DNA from: Bacteriovoracaceae bacterium
GTDB taxonomy: Bacteria; Bdellovibrionota; Bacteriovoracia; Bacteriovoracales; Bacteriovoracaceae
DNA: 37,496 nucleotides
Assembly: GCA_023151145.1 (NCBI GenBank)
Contig: JAKLJM010000003.1
Coordinates: 1-37,496, forward strand
Direction of reading: 5' to 3'
Both the position numbers and the translations under genes were made by a program. Of this stretch, positions 27,602-36,667 are shown in pieces (the stretch's first letter is position 1; each line of letters begins with the position of its first letter). The notes below the pieces were generated by a model. That model was not told the DNA's origin and ran no database searches. It saw nothing but the letters and a program-made list of their open reading frames with translations.

Positions 27602-28450
27602 ATGAAAAAAAATATTTTTATAGATTTTGAATATGCTAATAGGAAATTGGATATAACAGAAGTTGGTGTGTCTTATATAGATGAAAAAAATGAAGCAAAG
27701 TTACTCTATCATTCATATATAAAATTAAATAATGAAATAGATATTGACCCAATAACATTTAAAGTAGCCAAAATTCCCTTGCAAACTTTGAATAAATCTG
27801 GAAAGCATATTGATGAAATAAAAATGAAGCTTAATGACATTTTAAGAGACTCTAACGTATTTCATTGGAGCGGGGCAGAGAAAAGGATACTGAACAAGCA
27901 ATTAGATATAAAAAAAATTGCTACAATCAATGATTTATCAAAAGAAGACTATGTTTCCCATAAAAAACTAATAATTTGCTTTAAAGAATGTTTTCCTTCT
28001 TGTTCAAGATTAAATATAGATATACACAGTGCTGAGTTAGATTCATTTTTGTCGGCTTTGATTTATAAAAAAATCAACTTAAAATTAGAAATAACTCAAA
28101 CAGAATTAGAATTTATTAAAAACAAAATAATAGAAAAAGATAAAATTATCAAACTCTTTAAAGAGAATGAAAAAGAACTTAGGCGAAATGCTTATGGCGA
28201 TAAAGACGGAATATATTTCAATAAAAAAATCAGCGTATATTTTTCTGGATATCGAGATGATCAGAAAGAAACATTAATACAAAAGTATAAAGGGCTAGGA
28301 ATAACGGTAATGGGTAACAAGGATCGGGCTGATTTTATAATTTTTAAAAATATTCACGAGCCGAGAGTTCAAAAATATAAAGAGCGAGCATTAACATTAG
28401 ATGATTTTGTATTGTTATTAAAAACGGGTGAAGTGAAAATGGCTTCATAG
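27602..28450 (+). CDS. DEDDh 3'-5' exonuclease with a C-terminal BRCT-like domain
   Basis: IFIDFE, INDL, HSAELDS; VYFSGY...K..L...G..V....ADFII; GAGG RBS. Confidence 0.72.
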   Translation: MKKNIFIDFEYANRKLDITEVGVSYIDEKNEAKLLYHSYIKLNNEIDIDPITFKVAKIPLQTLNKSGKHIDEIKMKLNDILRDSNVFHWSGAEKRILNKQLDIKKIATINDLSKEDYVSHKKLIICFKECFPSCSRLNIDIHSAELDSFLSALIYKKINLKLEITQTELEFIKNKIIEKDKIIKLFKENEKELRRNAYGDKDGIYFNKKISVYFSGYRDDQKETLIQKYKGLGITVMGNKDRADFIIFKNIHEPRVQKYKERALTLDDFVLLLKTGEVKMAS

Positions 28451-28551
28451 AATACAATTGTATTATGTAATTGTAAGAGTTTAGTTTACATTAAAACCTT
28501 TTTTAAAAGAATCTCCAATTATAGATTAATTTTAGCATATCGGTAATTTAG

Positions 28552-28606
28552 AAGTGTAAACTATGTCTCCGGTATAAAGTGTAAAGGAGGTGTCCGGAAA
28601 GGACCA
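28552..28606. mobile_element. Isolated IS end remnant (IS481-like)
   Basis: 25-bp-period repeat AAGTGTAAActatgtcTCCGG / AAGTGTAAAggaggtgTCCGG; no transposase adjacent. Confidence 0.45.
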
Positions 28607-28712
28607 ATAAAATCAAAAGAAATTGCTTAGTCGTGCTGAATGATAACTCCTCAACACTATTTTACTAGGTGAAAATATAAAGAATATTTTACTATTTTTG
28701 TATTGGGTACAA

Positions 28713-29435
28713 TCATTTGCCTAAGATCTTATTCATAGTTCGGTATAAAGAAATTTTAATACGATCTCTTTCTAGTAAACCGACTACCGTTGATGGTAAA
28801 AAACTTATTGAATTTGCATTTAGTATTTTTGATTTTTCCTTTTCGCTTAAGAAAGGATTGATAAAATTCTTTTGTCCAGCCGCTTCTGAAGCACCACCAA
28901 AACCACCAATAACATAGGACGGGATTCGATGTTTTTCAGCTATTGTTAATTCCTCGGGAACACCGGGTTTTATTTGAGTATTGGGGTGAAGCTTACCACC
29001 TATTGATAGAATACAATTAGCATCATAGATCATTTTTTCACGTAAATTTCTAAGACTATTATTTCTAGCAATAGGATCATTATGGTCTTTACTGTTTTGA
29101 TAGCTTGGTATTTCAATTATGGTGGAGTAGGCATCATGTTTTTTGATGTCACCTTGTCCCCACATAGCGGAAACATATAGTTTAAGTTGTGATTTATTTT
29201 GTGCAAAATTTTTTGCTTGTTCTGCAACAATTGGTGTGAATAGTGGATGAGAGCCGTGAATAATGGTACCTCCTTTTGCAAATATCATTGCTGAGAAATA
29301 TGAGACAAATTCTAGTATGTCCTGGTCAATTAAGGGGTGTGGCCAATATTCGTTTTCTGGAATTGCACCAGATAGCCAAACCTTAATGGATTTCAAGTTT
29401 TTTTGAGGACGAAATTTTTTATATAGGTATGTCAT
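28713..29435 (-). CDS. Stand-alone SLOG-superfamily protein (TIR-associated type)
   Basis: LSGAIP, IIHGSHP, LREKM, SIGG, PGVPEE, GGFGGA. Confidence 0.85.
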   Translation of the reverse strand: MTYLYKKFRPQKNLKSIKVWLSGAIPENEYWPHPLIDQDILEFVSYFSAMIFAKGGTIIHGSHPLFTPIVAEQAKNFAQNKSQLKLYVSAMWGQGDIKKHDAYSTIIEIPSYQNSKDHNDPIARNNSLRNLREKMIYDANCILSIGGKLHPNTQIKPGVPEELTIAEKHRIPSYVIGGFGGASEAAGQKNFINPFLSEKEKSKILNANSISFLPSTVVGLLERDRIKISLYRTMNKILGK

Positions 29436-30604
29436 TGGTCTAAAAACTCTTCAATTTGCTCGTGATGTAAAATAATAATGTTGGAAACAGCTATTTCTGG
29501 AATCTCATTTAAGATTTCATCTATCTCATTTTCAGAACGAGGTTTACCATCGTATATAAAGATATTTTCATTGCGTCTTACATTTAAACCACGAGTATAA
29601 ATAATAAAGTTATTTATAAAAGTATTGTGGATTCCGTCATAGAGGGGGCAATGTGACAGTAGTGTTCGCCAGTCTTTGAATTTTCTTGCTTTTTTAGATT
29701 CAAAAAGTAGTTTAACCTGATCTAGAGTTGACCAGGTATAGCCCTTATCCCTAAACTTATTTGCAACTTCAAATGGGACATTTTTTTTTCTTTTATAAAC
29801 ATCTGCTAAAATTTTAAAAATATCATCAATTATTTCATCAAAATTATTTAGTTGAACGTCAGACTGAGAATATCTATTGAGTGTTTGAAGTTTTCGAAAG
29901 TGAGATCCTTTTTTACCATCATTTCTTATGCAAAGAGGGAGTACCGGAACAAGGTGAGCATGGGCATGATCAATTTCATGGTGAACCCATTTAGAATAAT
30001 CAGCCTCTGGAGTATCAAGTAATAGGACGAGATTAGATTGGATGATCGCCTTGTTAATTTGTTCTTGTACATCCAAACCAATAGTCAAATTTCCTTCATG
30101 GTCTTCGTCTCTATCATCATCTCGCCAGACTTTAAAACCTATATATTGCAGTATGGAAGACAAGGCTATAGCAATATCTTTACCATCTGTAACTCTGTAT
30201 GAGATAAAAATTTGATTATCTTTCGGCAGAATCTTCAATCCAAGGAATGCTCCGACTCGATTTGCTAAGTTATTTTCCCAGTTCTTTTGATTTGTGGAAT
30301 GAGATTTTATTTTTGAAAGTGGTTCATTCGAAATATATTTTTTGTCACTAAATGAAATGGGTATAATTACGGCATTTTTGTCAAAATATGCTTGAAATTT
30401 TATGGCTACGCTTAGAATTTGTTCGTCAATGTTATCATTGTTAAAACAAATTAAAAGGATTGAATTAATATCAAACTGAGTTACCTCACAGGTGACGGGA
30501 TTGACTTTCTCAAAACTAAGTTCAGAATAGCCGTTTTGTAAAACTGAAATGATACTGTTTATTTGATTATCATTGCAGTCATTATTTAAAATTAACACAT
30601 TCAT
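29432..30604 (-). CDS. Long TIR-domain protein
   Basis: IFISYRVTDG, VWRD, VLLLDTP, SKWVHHEI (catalytic Glu). Confidence 0.87.
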   Translation of the reverse strand: MNVLILNNDCNDNQINSIISVLQNGYSELSFEKVNPVTCEVTQFDINSILLICFNNDNIDEQILSVAIKFQAYFDKNAVIIPISFSDKKYISNEPLSKIKSHSTNQKNWENNLANRVGAFLGLKILPKDNQIFISYRVTDGKDIAIALSSILQYIGFKVWRDDDRDEDHEGNLTIGLDVQEQINKAIIQSNLVLLLDTPEADYSKWVHHEIDHAHAHLVPVLPLCIRNDGKKGSHFRKLQTLNRYSQSDVQLNNFDEIIDDIFKILADVYKRKKNVPFEVANKFRDKGYTWSTLDQVKLLFESKKARKFKDWRTLLSHCPLYDGIHNTFINNFIIYTRGLNVRRNENIFIYDGKPRSENEIDEILNEIPEIAVSNIIILHHEQIEEFLDQ

Positions 30605-30607
30605 TTT

Positions 30608-31105
30608 TTAATTTTTACTTCTTATCTTAATTGCTTCATCTATCCATCCCGAAATATTATCAGAAATCCATGCATAAACTTCTTTGCTATCGTAACTGAG
30701 AGGAGGTGAATGTAGTTTTACAATTGTTGAAAGTTTTTTGTCTCCAATGGTAAACCCATCAAAGGGGTTTGGACCAAGGCTACAGGTTTTGCTATCTTTG
30801 TCTTTTAATCCGTTTATAGCTATTCCAACTAGGCCTTTGTTATTATTCCAGGCTTTTTCTATTTCTTTTTTAACCCATTTGCGATTAGCCGTGTCTGTTC
30901 CAACCAGAACAACGACACATTCTTTATTTTTCATCTCTAGGTCTATCCAATTTTCAATGGCCTTATCTCCATTTTTCTTAACCTCTTCCCATTTATTTGC
31001 AGTGACAGGCTCGTTGCCTTCAATTGTTCCTATTTGTCTAACCGTTTGTACTCGCCAAACATCATTATCAAAATGAAAGCTGTAAAAAATTTTTTTCTTT
31101 GCCAT
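30608..31105 (-). CDS. ThsB-like TIR protein
   Basis: FYSFHFDND..R, WEEV, VVLVG..TA.RKWV..EI; GAGGA RBS before ATG 31105. Confidence 0.9.
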   Translation of the reverse strand: MAKKKIFYSFHFDNDVWRVQTVRQIGTIEGNEPVTANKWEEVKKNGDKAIENWIDLEMKNKECVVVLVGTDTANRKWVKKEIEKAWNNNKGLVGIAINGLKDKDSKTCSLGPNPFDGFTIGDKKLSTIVKLHSPPLSYDSKEVYAWISDNISGWIDEAIKIRSKN

Positions 31106-31136
31106 TACTTTATCCTCTTGTAAAAAAAACAATCAA

Positions 31137-31511
31137 CTATTTCAAAATATTTTTTAGATTTTCCCAATCCCACTTATATAGAGTACCTGCATCTGGAACT
31201 CTCGTATAATCGCCATCTTTGTAACCAATGATTTGAACGATTTTTTTGTTATGCTTGCGAGCCATAGCTACTTCTTTCAAGACGCCTGAAGCTTTATGAG
31301 TCCCTTTGCCAACCATTACAATGACTAAGTCTGATGCTTTTATTTTGGCTTCTGCCTTTTCTTCCCAGTCTTTTTCAGGAGCTGCTTCTTTGAGTGAGCA
31401 ATCAAAAATTTCAAAAGGAGAATCTGAATTTTTTGCTTGTTGAAGTAAAAATTCTTTTAAAACTTTATCGTTATCAAAATCAAAACTTATAAAAGCCTTA
31501 GTTTTTGCCAT
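31137..31511 (-). CDS. Short ThsB/MTH538-like TIR protein
   Basis: AFISFDFDND, DCSLKE, VIVMVG..TH.A.GV.KEV. Confidence 0.87.
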   Translation of the reverse strand: MAKTKAFISFDFDNDKVLKEFLLQQAKNSDSPFEIFDCSLKEAAPEKDWEEKAEAKIKASDLVIVMVGKGTHKASGVLKEVAMARKHNKKIVQIIGYKDGDYTRVPDAGTLYKWDWENLKNILK

Positions 31512-31540
31512 TTGTATTTCCTTTTATTATTTAGGTTCCT

Positions 31541-31570
31541 ACAATAAGAGTTACGAAGGATTGGTGTCAA
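31541..31570 (-). promoter_or_regulatory. sigma70-like promoter of the TIR-SLOG operon
   Basis: Minus strand TTGACA-N18-TATTGT. Confidence 0.5.
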
Positions 31571-31690
31571 GGCATTCTGTTTAGAATATGTGGCCCGTAA
31601 AGCTAGCCTTATTGGAGATAGGAAAGTTTGGAAAAATATATTGAAAAGTACAAATGCTTTCACATTTTCCCCAACGAACCCCACAAAAAC

Positions 31691-31757
31691 AAAAAAGCCC
31701 CGCAATTGCGAGGCTTTCATTCTTTTAATTTTTTGATCAGAAAAAGTGGCGGGAGCG
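31691..31757. repeat. att direct repeat, tRNA-proximal; includes the tRNA terminator hairpin
   Basis: Matches 19024-19090; AAAGCCCCGC-AATT-GCGAGGCTTT hairpin with a T-tract on the minus strand. Confidence 0.92.
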
Positions 31758-31823
31758 AAGGGACTCGAACCCTCGGCCTTCTGCGTGACAGGCAGACGTT
31801 ATAACCAACTTAACTACGCCCCC
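31747..31823 (-). tRNA. tRNA-Asp (GTC), 77 nt, encoded CCA
   Basis: Acceptor GGGGGCG/CGCTCCC, anticodon arm TCTGC-CTGTCAC-GCAGA, GGTTCGAGTCC, 3' GCCA. Confidence 0.97.
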
Positions 31824-31841
31824 AACAAATTCTGAGACTCA

Positions 31842-31870
31842 AATCTAAGGTTTTATAAAGAATTCGTCAA
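31842..31870 (-). promoter_or_regulatory. sigma70 promoter of tRNA-Asp
   Basis: TTGACG-N17-TAGATT. Confidence 0.7.
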
Positions 31871-32028
31871 GTTACTTTTTGTAAAAAAGTGAAGAAAATC
31901 GTTATGGTAACCCACGAAATTAAAGGGAAATCATCCTCCGAAATAATTTGAGAAAAAGTTATAATTTACTGAATTCTTTGATAAAATCGTTACTTGAGCC
32001 ATCTGGCCCAGCTTTCAGGAAGAGTGTT

Positions 32029-32781
32029 GTGAATATATTTATCACCGGTGGAACCACTGGAATTGGTTTTGAACTAGCTCAGGCTTATTTACGCGAAGGT
32101 CATCGTGTTGGAATTTGTGCACGCGATATCAGTAAATGTCCGATTGAGGTTCGTAATAAGTATAAACTTTTAAAAGTTTATGAATTAGACGTAACAGATC
32201 GCGAAGCTTTAAAAAAGGCAGTGGCCGACTTTGTTGGTGCAGAAAAAATTCTAGATATGATGATCGCCAACGCCGGAAGATCTGTAGGCGCTAAAAATAA
32301 ATTACCTAATTTTGAAGTGGCTCGAGAAATTGTTGATATCAATATCGTGGGTGTTTTAAATGCCTTTGATGTGGCCGTGGAATATATGTTACCAAAAAAT
32401 CACGGACATTTAGTGGCCACTTCTTCAGTAGCAGGCTTAGTCGGATTACCTGGCGTTGCCGCTTATTCAGCTTCTAAAGCTTACGTGTTAAATTTTTGTG
32501 AATCACTGGGATTAGATTTAGCAAAATACGGAATTACCGTTACAGCGATTTTACCAGGATTTGTTGATACGCCATTAACCAAGAAAAATAATCATAAAAT
32601 GCCTTTTTTAATGACCGCGGATAAAGCTGCCGGCTTGATAAAAAAAGCATTAGATGAGAAAAAAAGCATCTATATCTTCCCATGGCAAATGAATTTGGTC
32701 ATGAGTGTTTTAAGACGAATTCCACGTTCATGGTATCGATGGTTGATGAAGTCAAAAATTTTTAATTATTCGGAAAAATAA
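32029..32781 (+). CDS. SDR-family oxidoreductase
   Basis: ITGGTTGIG, ANAG, YSASK, PGFVDT; likely GTG start at 32029. Confidence 0.93.
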   Translation: MNIFITGGTTGIGFELAQAYLREGHRVGICARDISKCPIEVRNKYKLLKVYELDVTDREALKKAVADFVGAEKILDMMIANAGRSVGAKNKLPNFEVAREIVDINIVGVLNAFDVAVEYMLPKNHGHLVATSSVAGLVGLPGVAAYSASKAYVLNFCESLGLDLAKYGITVTAILPGFVDTPLTKKNNHKMPFLMTADKAAGLIKKALDEKKSIYIFPWQMNLVMSVLRRIPRSWYRWLMKSKIFNYSEK

Positions 32782-32824
32782 TAGCAATGATGCTATTGGT
32801 TTTTATAACTTACGGAGAGAGTTC

Positions 32825-33109
32825 ATGCGTGCCTTATTGTTTGTTGTTTTAATTTCATTGAGCCTGGCTTCTTTAGCAGCTGAGAACAAAGAGAAAACTG
32901 CAGCGACGAAAAAAATTGTTTCAAAAAAAGAAGAAATCAAAAAATCTGATGGGAAAAATCCTGAGGATTGTGAAACAACTGAAGAATTGAAAAAAAAATT
33001 AGTAGCAAAACCAGTTCTCGCAGCACCAGCGAAAGTGGAGCCAGCTAAGGATGATAAAGCTATTCAAGGATTAGGTGGTCTTTCGGGAACTACCGGATGT
33101 TCTCTTTAA
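32825..33109 (+). CDS. Small secreted hypothetical protein
   Basis: GGAG RBS, signal peptide, Lys/Glu-rich, two Cys. Confidence 0.72.
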   Translation: MRALLFVVLISLSLASLAAENKEKTAATKKIVSKKEEIKKSDGKNPEDCETTEELKKKLVAKPVLAAPAKVEPAKDDKAIQGLGGLSGTTGCSL

Positions 33110-33806
33110 TTTCAATGATCGTCACTTTCTTTAAAACAGAATCTATTTTAAACAAAATATTATAATCGAGGAGATACACCCCAAGGATCTCCTCATCATT
33201 TTCTAAGTCATCTCTTTTAAAACTAGGCCTAGGGTCACGTTTTAAAATTTCAGCAATAGTTTTTTTATCTTCTTCATTGATTTTAGATTCTGATAACAAA
33301 TTAAAATTAACAATATATTCCTCATTGAGTGCATGGTTTTTTTCAATATCATTCAACCAGCCACTTTTAGCATCAGGAATAGATTCATACTCGGGAATAT
33401 AAGGTTTGATATCGATGACAGGAGTGCCATCGACAAAATCACCTCCAATGATGGTGATGGAGTTTTCGTTTATGCTTTTGATTTTCACTAAACTTAAACC
33501 TATACGGTTAGGCCGATGGGGAGAGCGAGTGGCATAGATACCCATTTTTTCTTTTCCCCCTAAACGAGGGGGGCGAGTGAGGTTTTGCTCATTGGCTTTA
33601 GCTTCGTCTACTAAGTGAAAAATGAAAGTGACCCACAGATGGGAAAAATTCTCTAATCCACGAAAACGCAATTTTTCTTCTGCTGATTTAAAATCAAAAA
33701 TGATTTCACTTTGAATGTGATTTAATCCACTCTGGCGCGGAACTGTGAATTTTTCTTTATAAGGTGAGCGAATAATCGCAATGGGATTAATCGAGTAGGT
33801 CGTCAT
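33090..33806 (-). CDS. tsaA: tRNA m6t6A37 methyltransferase TsaA/TrmO
   Basis: PRQSG, RPPRLGG, ATRSPHRPN.IG, DGTPVIDIKPY, DPRP. Confidence 0.93.
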   Translation of the reverse strand: MTTYSINPIAIIRSPYKEKFTVPRQSGLNHIQSEIIFDFKSAEEKLRFRGLENFSHLWVTFIFHLVDEAKANEQNLTRPPRLGGKEKMGIYATRSPHRPNRIGLSLVKIKSINENSITIIGGDFVDGTPVIDIKPYIPEYESIPDAKSGWLNDIEKNHALNEEYIVNFNLLSESKINEEDKKTIAEILKRDPRPSFKRDDLENDEEILGVYLLDYNILFKIDSVLKKVTIIEIKENIR

Positions 33807-34362
33807 TGTTACTTTCATTTTCTGCTTTTGGTGGAGCAATAAATTGATCAAACTCTGCTAGATAACTAAGCATGCTTGGATCTTTTAAACGATCAATAAA
33901 AAGTTTACCAAAGAGATGATCAAGTTCGTGTTGAAAAACCGTGGCAAGAAATCCTTCAACTTCTAGTGAACGAAGTTGATAGTTTTCATCTTGAAATTGA
34001 ACGCGTATTTTATTAGGTCGTTCGACAAAGCCGCGAAGACCTGGAACAGAGAGACAACCTTCCCAGAATCCTTGTTTGTCATCTGTTAAAAACTCTATTT
34101 GAGGATTAATAATAGTGATAAGACCAGTAACTGGTAATTGACCATAGCGTTCAGAGAATTCGGGTAATTCAATGAGAGCGACACTTTTAGAGATATTAAT
34201 TTGCGGAGCAGCTATACCGATTCCACCTTCTTTTTTCATTGTGTCGTATAAATCGACAAGAAGACTTTTGAATTCTTGAGTATGAAACTCGCCTTCTGAA
34301 ATGTGATCGGCTGTTTTTCGAAGTGTCGGATGTCCCATCCGAATGACGGTTTGTGCGGCCAT
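33787..34362 (-). CDS. def: Peptide deformylase
   Basis: GIGIAAPQ, EGCLS, QHELDH. Confidence 0.96.
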   Translation of the reverse strand: MAAQTVIRMGHPTLRKTADHISEGEFHTQEFKSLLVDLYDTMKKEGGIGIAAPQINISKSVALIELPEFSERYGQLPVTGLITIINPQIEFLTDDKQGFWEGCLSVPGLRGFVERPNKIRVQFQDENYQLRSLEVEGFLATVFQHELDHLFGKLFIDRLKDPSMLSYLAEFDQFIAPPKAENESNNDDLLD

Positions 34363-34424
34363 AATTAATCTCCTTACTAAAAAGTAATAGCATAAATTTC
34401 AGGATATGAGTAAACTCAATATCT

Positions 34425-34907
34425 ATGAAATCTGTGTTATTTGTATGTTTAGGAAATATTTGTCGCTCTCCAGCTGCGGAGGGGGCTTTTTTAAATTTAC
34501 TCTATCAAGAAAATCGCGCCCATGAGTTTAAAGTAGATTCAGCTGGAACCACTGGGCATCATCGTGGTGAAAAAGCTGATAGCAGAATGATCGAACGTGC
34601 CGAAGCTCGAGGGATCATTCTTCCAAGTATTGCGAGGCAATTTGAAGAGCAAGATTTTGAACATTATGATTTCATCATTTGTATGGATAAAAATAATTTA
34701 GCGAACGTAAAAAAAATGGACAGCCATAATCAGTTTGCGCACAAAATTTTTCTCATGTCTGATTTTATCAAAAATCAAAAAAAACAAGACATTCCAGATC
34801 CTTATTATGGAAACGTGAAAGATTTTGATCTCGTGCTTGATCTTGTTCAAGAAGGTGCACAAGGTCTCTTGGAATTTATCGATAATAAGTTAAAAAAAAA
34901 TGAGTGA
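34425..34907 (+). CDS. Low-molecular-weight protein-tyrosine phosphatase
   Basis: VCLGNICRS, DPYY. Confidence 0.95.
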   Translation: MKSVLFVCLGNICRSPAAEGAFLNLLYQENRAHEFKVDSAGTTGHHRGEKADSRMIERAEARGIILPSIARQFEEQDFEHYDFIICMDKNNLANVKKMDSHNQFAHKIFLMSDFIKNQKKQDIPDPYYGNVKDFDLVLDLVQEGAQGLLEFIDNKLKKNE

Positions 34908-35409
34908 AAAAAATTATATAACTCCAATGGGTTTTGAAAAACTTAGAACCGAGTTGGATTATTTAGTAAAAATAGAGCGTCCTGAAGTCACTAAGACTGT
35001 TGCCTGGGCCGCTAGTAATGGTGATCGTTCTGAAAATGCTGATTATCAATATGGTAAAAAACGTTTGAGAGAAATTGATCGTCGTATTCGTTTTTTAACT
35101 AGTCGATTAGAAAAAGCTGAAGTGGTTGATCCGGAAAAACCTCATCATCCCCATAAAGTACAATTTGGTGCCCAAGTAAAAGTTGAAGATGAAGAAGGGT
35201 GTGTTCGAGAGTTTGTTATTGTCGGAGTAGACGAGATTAAAACAGAGCTTGGACTGATTAGTTGGAGGTCTCCAATTGGGCGATCTCTTCTGGGGAAAGA
35301 AACTGGAGATGATGTTTCCATTCAAACTCCTCAAGGCATAGTAGAATATACTATTTGTGAAATTCAATATCGAGCGATAACAATTGTAGGTGATGCCAAT
35401 GAAGATTGA
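34900..35409 (+). CDS. greB: Transcription elongation factor GreB
   Basis: WAASNGDRSENADYQYGKKRLREIDRRIRFL, ISWRSPIG. Confidence 0.95.
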   Translation: MSEKNYITPMGFEKLRTELDYLVKIERPEVTKTVAWAASNGDRSENADYQYGKKRLREIDRRIRFLTSRLEKAEVVDPEKPHHPHKVQFGAQVKVEDEEGCVREFVIVGVDEIKTELGLISWRSPIGRSLLGKETGDDVSIQTPQGIVEYTICEIQYRAITIVGDANED

Positions 35410-35742
35410 ATGTGAAATTTCTCTAGGAGAATTGGTTGATAAACTCTCAATTCTTTATATTAAAGAAAAGAACTTGCAAGATCCGGCGAAGCTGGTGCAT
35501 GTACATTGAACTTGGCCGGAATGGATAGTTATTTAAATCGTCTAGTGACAATTAATTCAAGCCTATGGAAAATAGAGGACGATATTAGGGATAAAGAAAG
35601 GTCCAAAGAATTCGATAATGTTTTTATCGAACTTGCTCGTAGTGTCTATATTACCAACGATCAAAGATTTGAATGTAAAAATGAAATTAATGCGAAATAT
35701 TCTTCTGCAATCGTAGAAGTGAAATCGTACCAACAATATTGA
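35399..35742 (+). pseudogene. DUF6165-like protein split by a frameshift/deletion near 35505
   Basis: MKIECEISLGELVDKLSILYIK from ATG 35399 stops at 35507-35509; LWKIEDDIR...ARSVY.TND.R...EVKSY continues in another frame. Confidence 0.78.
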
Positions 35743-35749
35743 GAAAATC

Positions 35750-36595
35750 ATGAGCAAAGCAAAGAAAGAAAGTAAGGCAGAAAAAGTAGTACCTGGTAAA
35801 CGATTATCGATAACAGAGAAGTACCGTTTATATGAAGCTTCGGTACAAAACCCTGAAGCAGATATTAAATTTATTAACAAAGTTTATCTTGATCATTATG
35901 GAAAAGCGCCTTTATCTTTGCGCGAGGATTTTTGTGGTACAGGGAAAATGGCTTGCGAATGGGTGACTCAAGGACCAAAGCATGAATCTCATGGAATTGA
36001 CTTAGATTTAGAGCCAATTACTTATGGTGTGGATCATCACTATTTTTCACTAACTGAAGATCAGCAAGAGCGCGTGAAATATATTAAAGGAAATGTCATG
36101 GATCCTCATCACTTTGAATGTGATGTAGTGGTGGCTTTTAATTTTTCTTATTATTTTTTTAAAGAAAGAAATGATCTTCTTCATTATTTTAAAACGGTGA
36201 GAAAATCATTTAAAGCGAATAAAAAAGGTGCCTTTTTTATTGATCTCTTTGGCGGAACGGAAGCTCGTAAGCCAAGTGTGGAGAGTGCTAAACATCAGCA
36301 CCACACCTATTTTTGGGAATGTGAACGTTATAACCCACTAACGGCCGAGTGTTTTTATTCAATACATTTTAAGGACCACAAGTCGGGAATTAAATACCGC
36401 AGAGTCTTTAGCTATGATTGGAGAATGTGGGACAATCGTGAACTTATGGATCTCTTAAAAGAAGCGGGATTTTCAGAGGTTAAAAGCTTTTGGGAAGGCG
36501 TTAGTCGCGATGGGACTGGAAATGGTAACTTCAAAGAGAGTAATAAGGCCGAAAATTGCGAATCATGGGTGACTTATCTTTGTGCAATTCCTTAA
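35750..36595 (+). CDS. Class I SAM-dependent methyltransferase
   Basis: YEASVQ, LREDFCGT, GIDLD, AFNFSY. Confidence 0.85.
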   Translation: MSKAKKESKAEKVVPGKRLSITEKYRLYEASVQNPEADIKFINKVYLDHYGKAPLSLREDFCGTGKMACEWVTQGPKHESHGIDLDLEPITYGVDHHYFSLTEDQQERVKYIKGNVMDPHHFECDVVVAFNFSYYFFKERNDLLHYFKTVRKSFKANKKGAFFIDLFGGTEARKPSVESAKHQHHTYFWECERYNPLTAECFYSIHFKDHKSGIKYRRVFSYDWRMWDNRELMDLLKEAGFSEVKSFWEGVSRDGTGNGNFKESNKAENCESWVTYLCAIP

Positions 36596-36667
36596 GATAA
36601 ATTTAAGGTCTTTTGCGATCACGAGGGTGATATAATGATCAAGTTTCAAAGCTAGAAAGGAAAAGAT

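Larger units (their letters stand above)
19024..31757. mobile_element. ~12.7-kb genomic (defence) island integrated at tRNA-Asp, no integrase visible
   Basis: Flanking att repeats, IS3 element, nuclease/TIR cargo, visibly more AT-rich and ATA-codon-rich genes. Confidence 0.87.

Noticed and set aside
31487-31720. 77-aa ORF upstream of the TIR operon
   Set aside because: Starts in the tRNA terminator and spans the promoter region
222-35880. Short overlapping or antisense ORFs of the track (e.g. 222..464, 1152..1373, 6628..6837, 14463..14747, 16934..17212, 18451..18642, 30738..31076, 35563..35880)
   Set aside because: Shadows of well-supported genes, with no motifs or RBS
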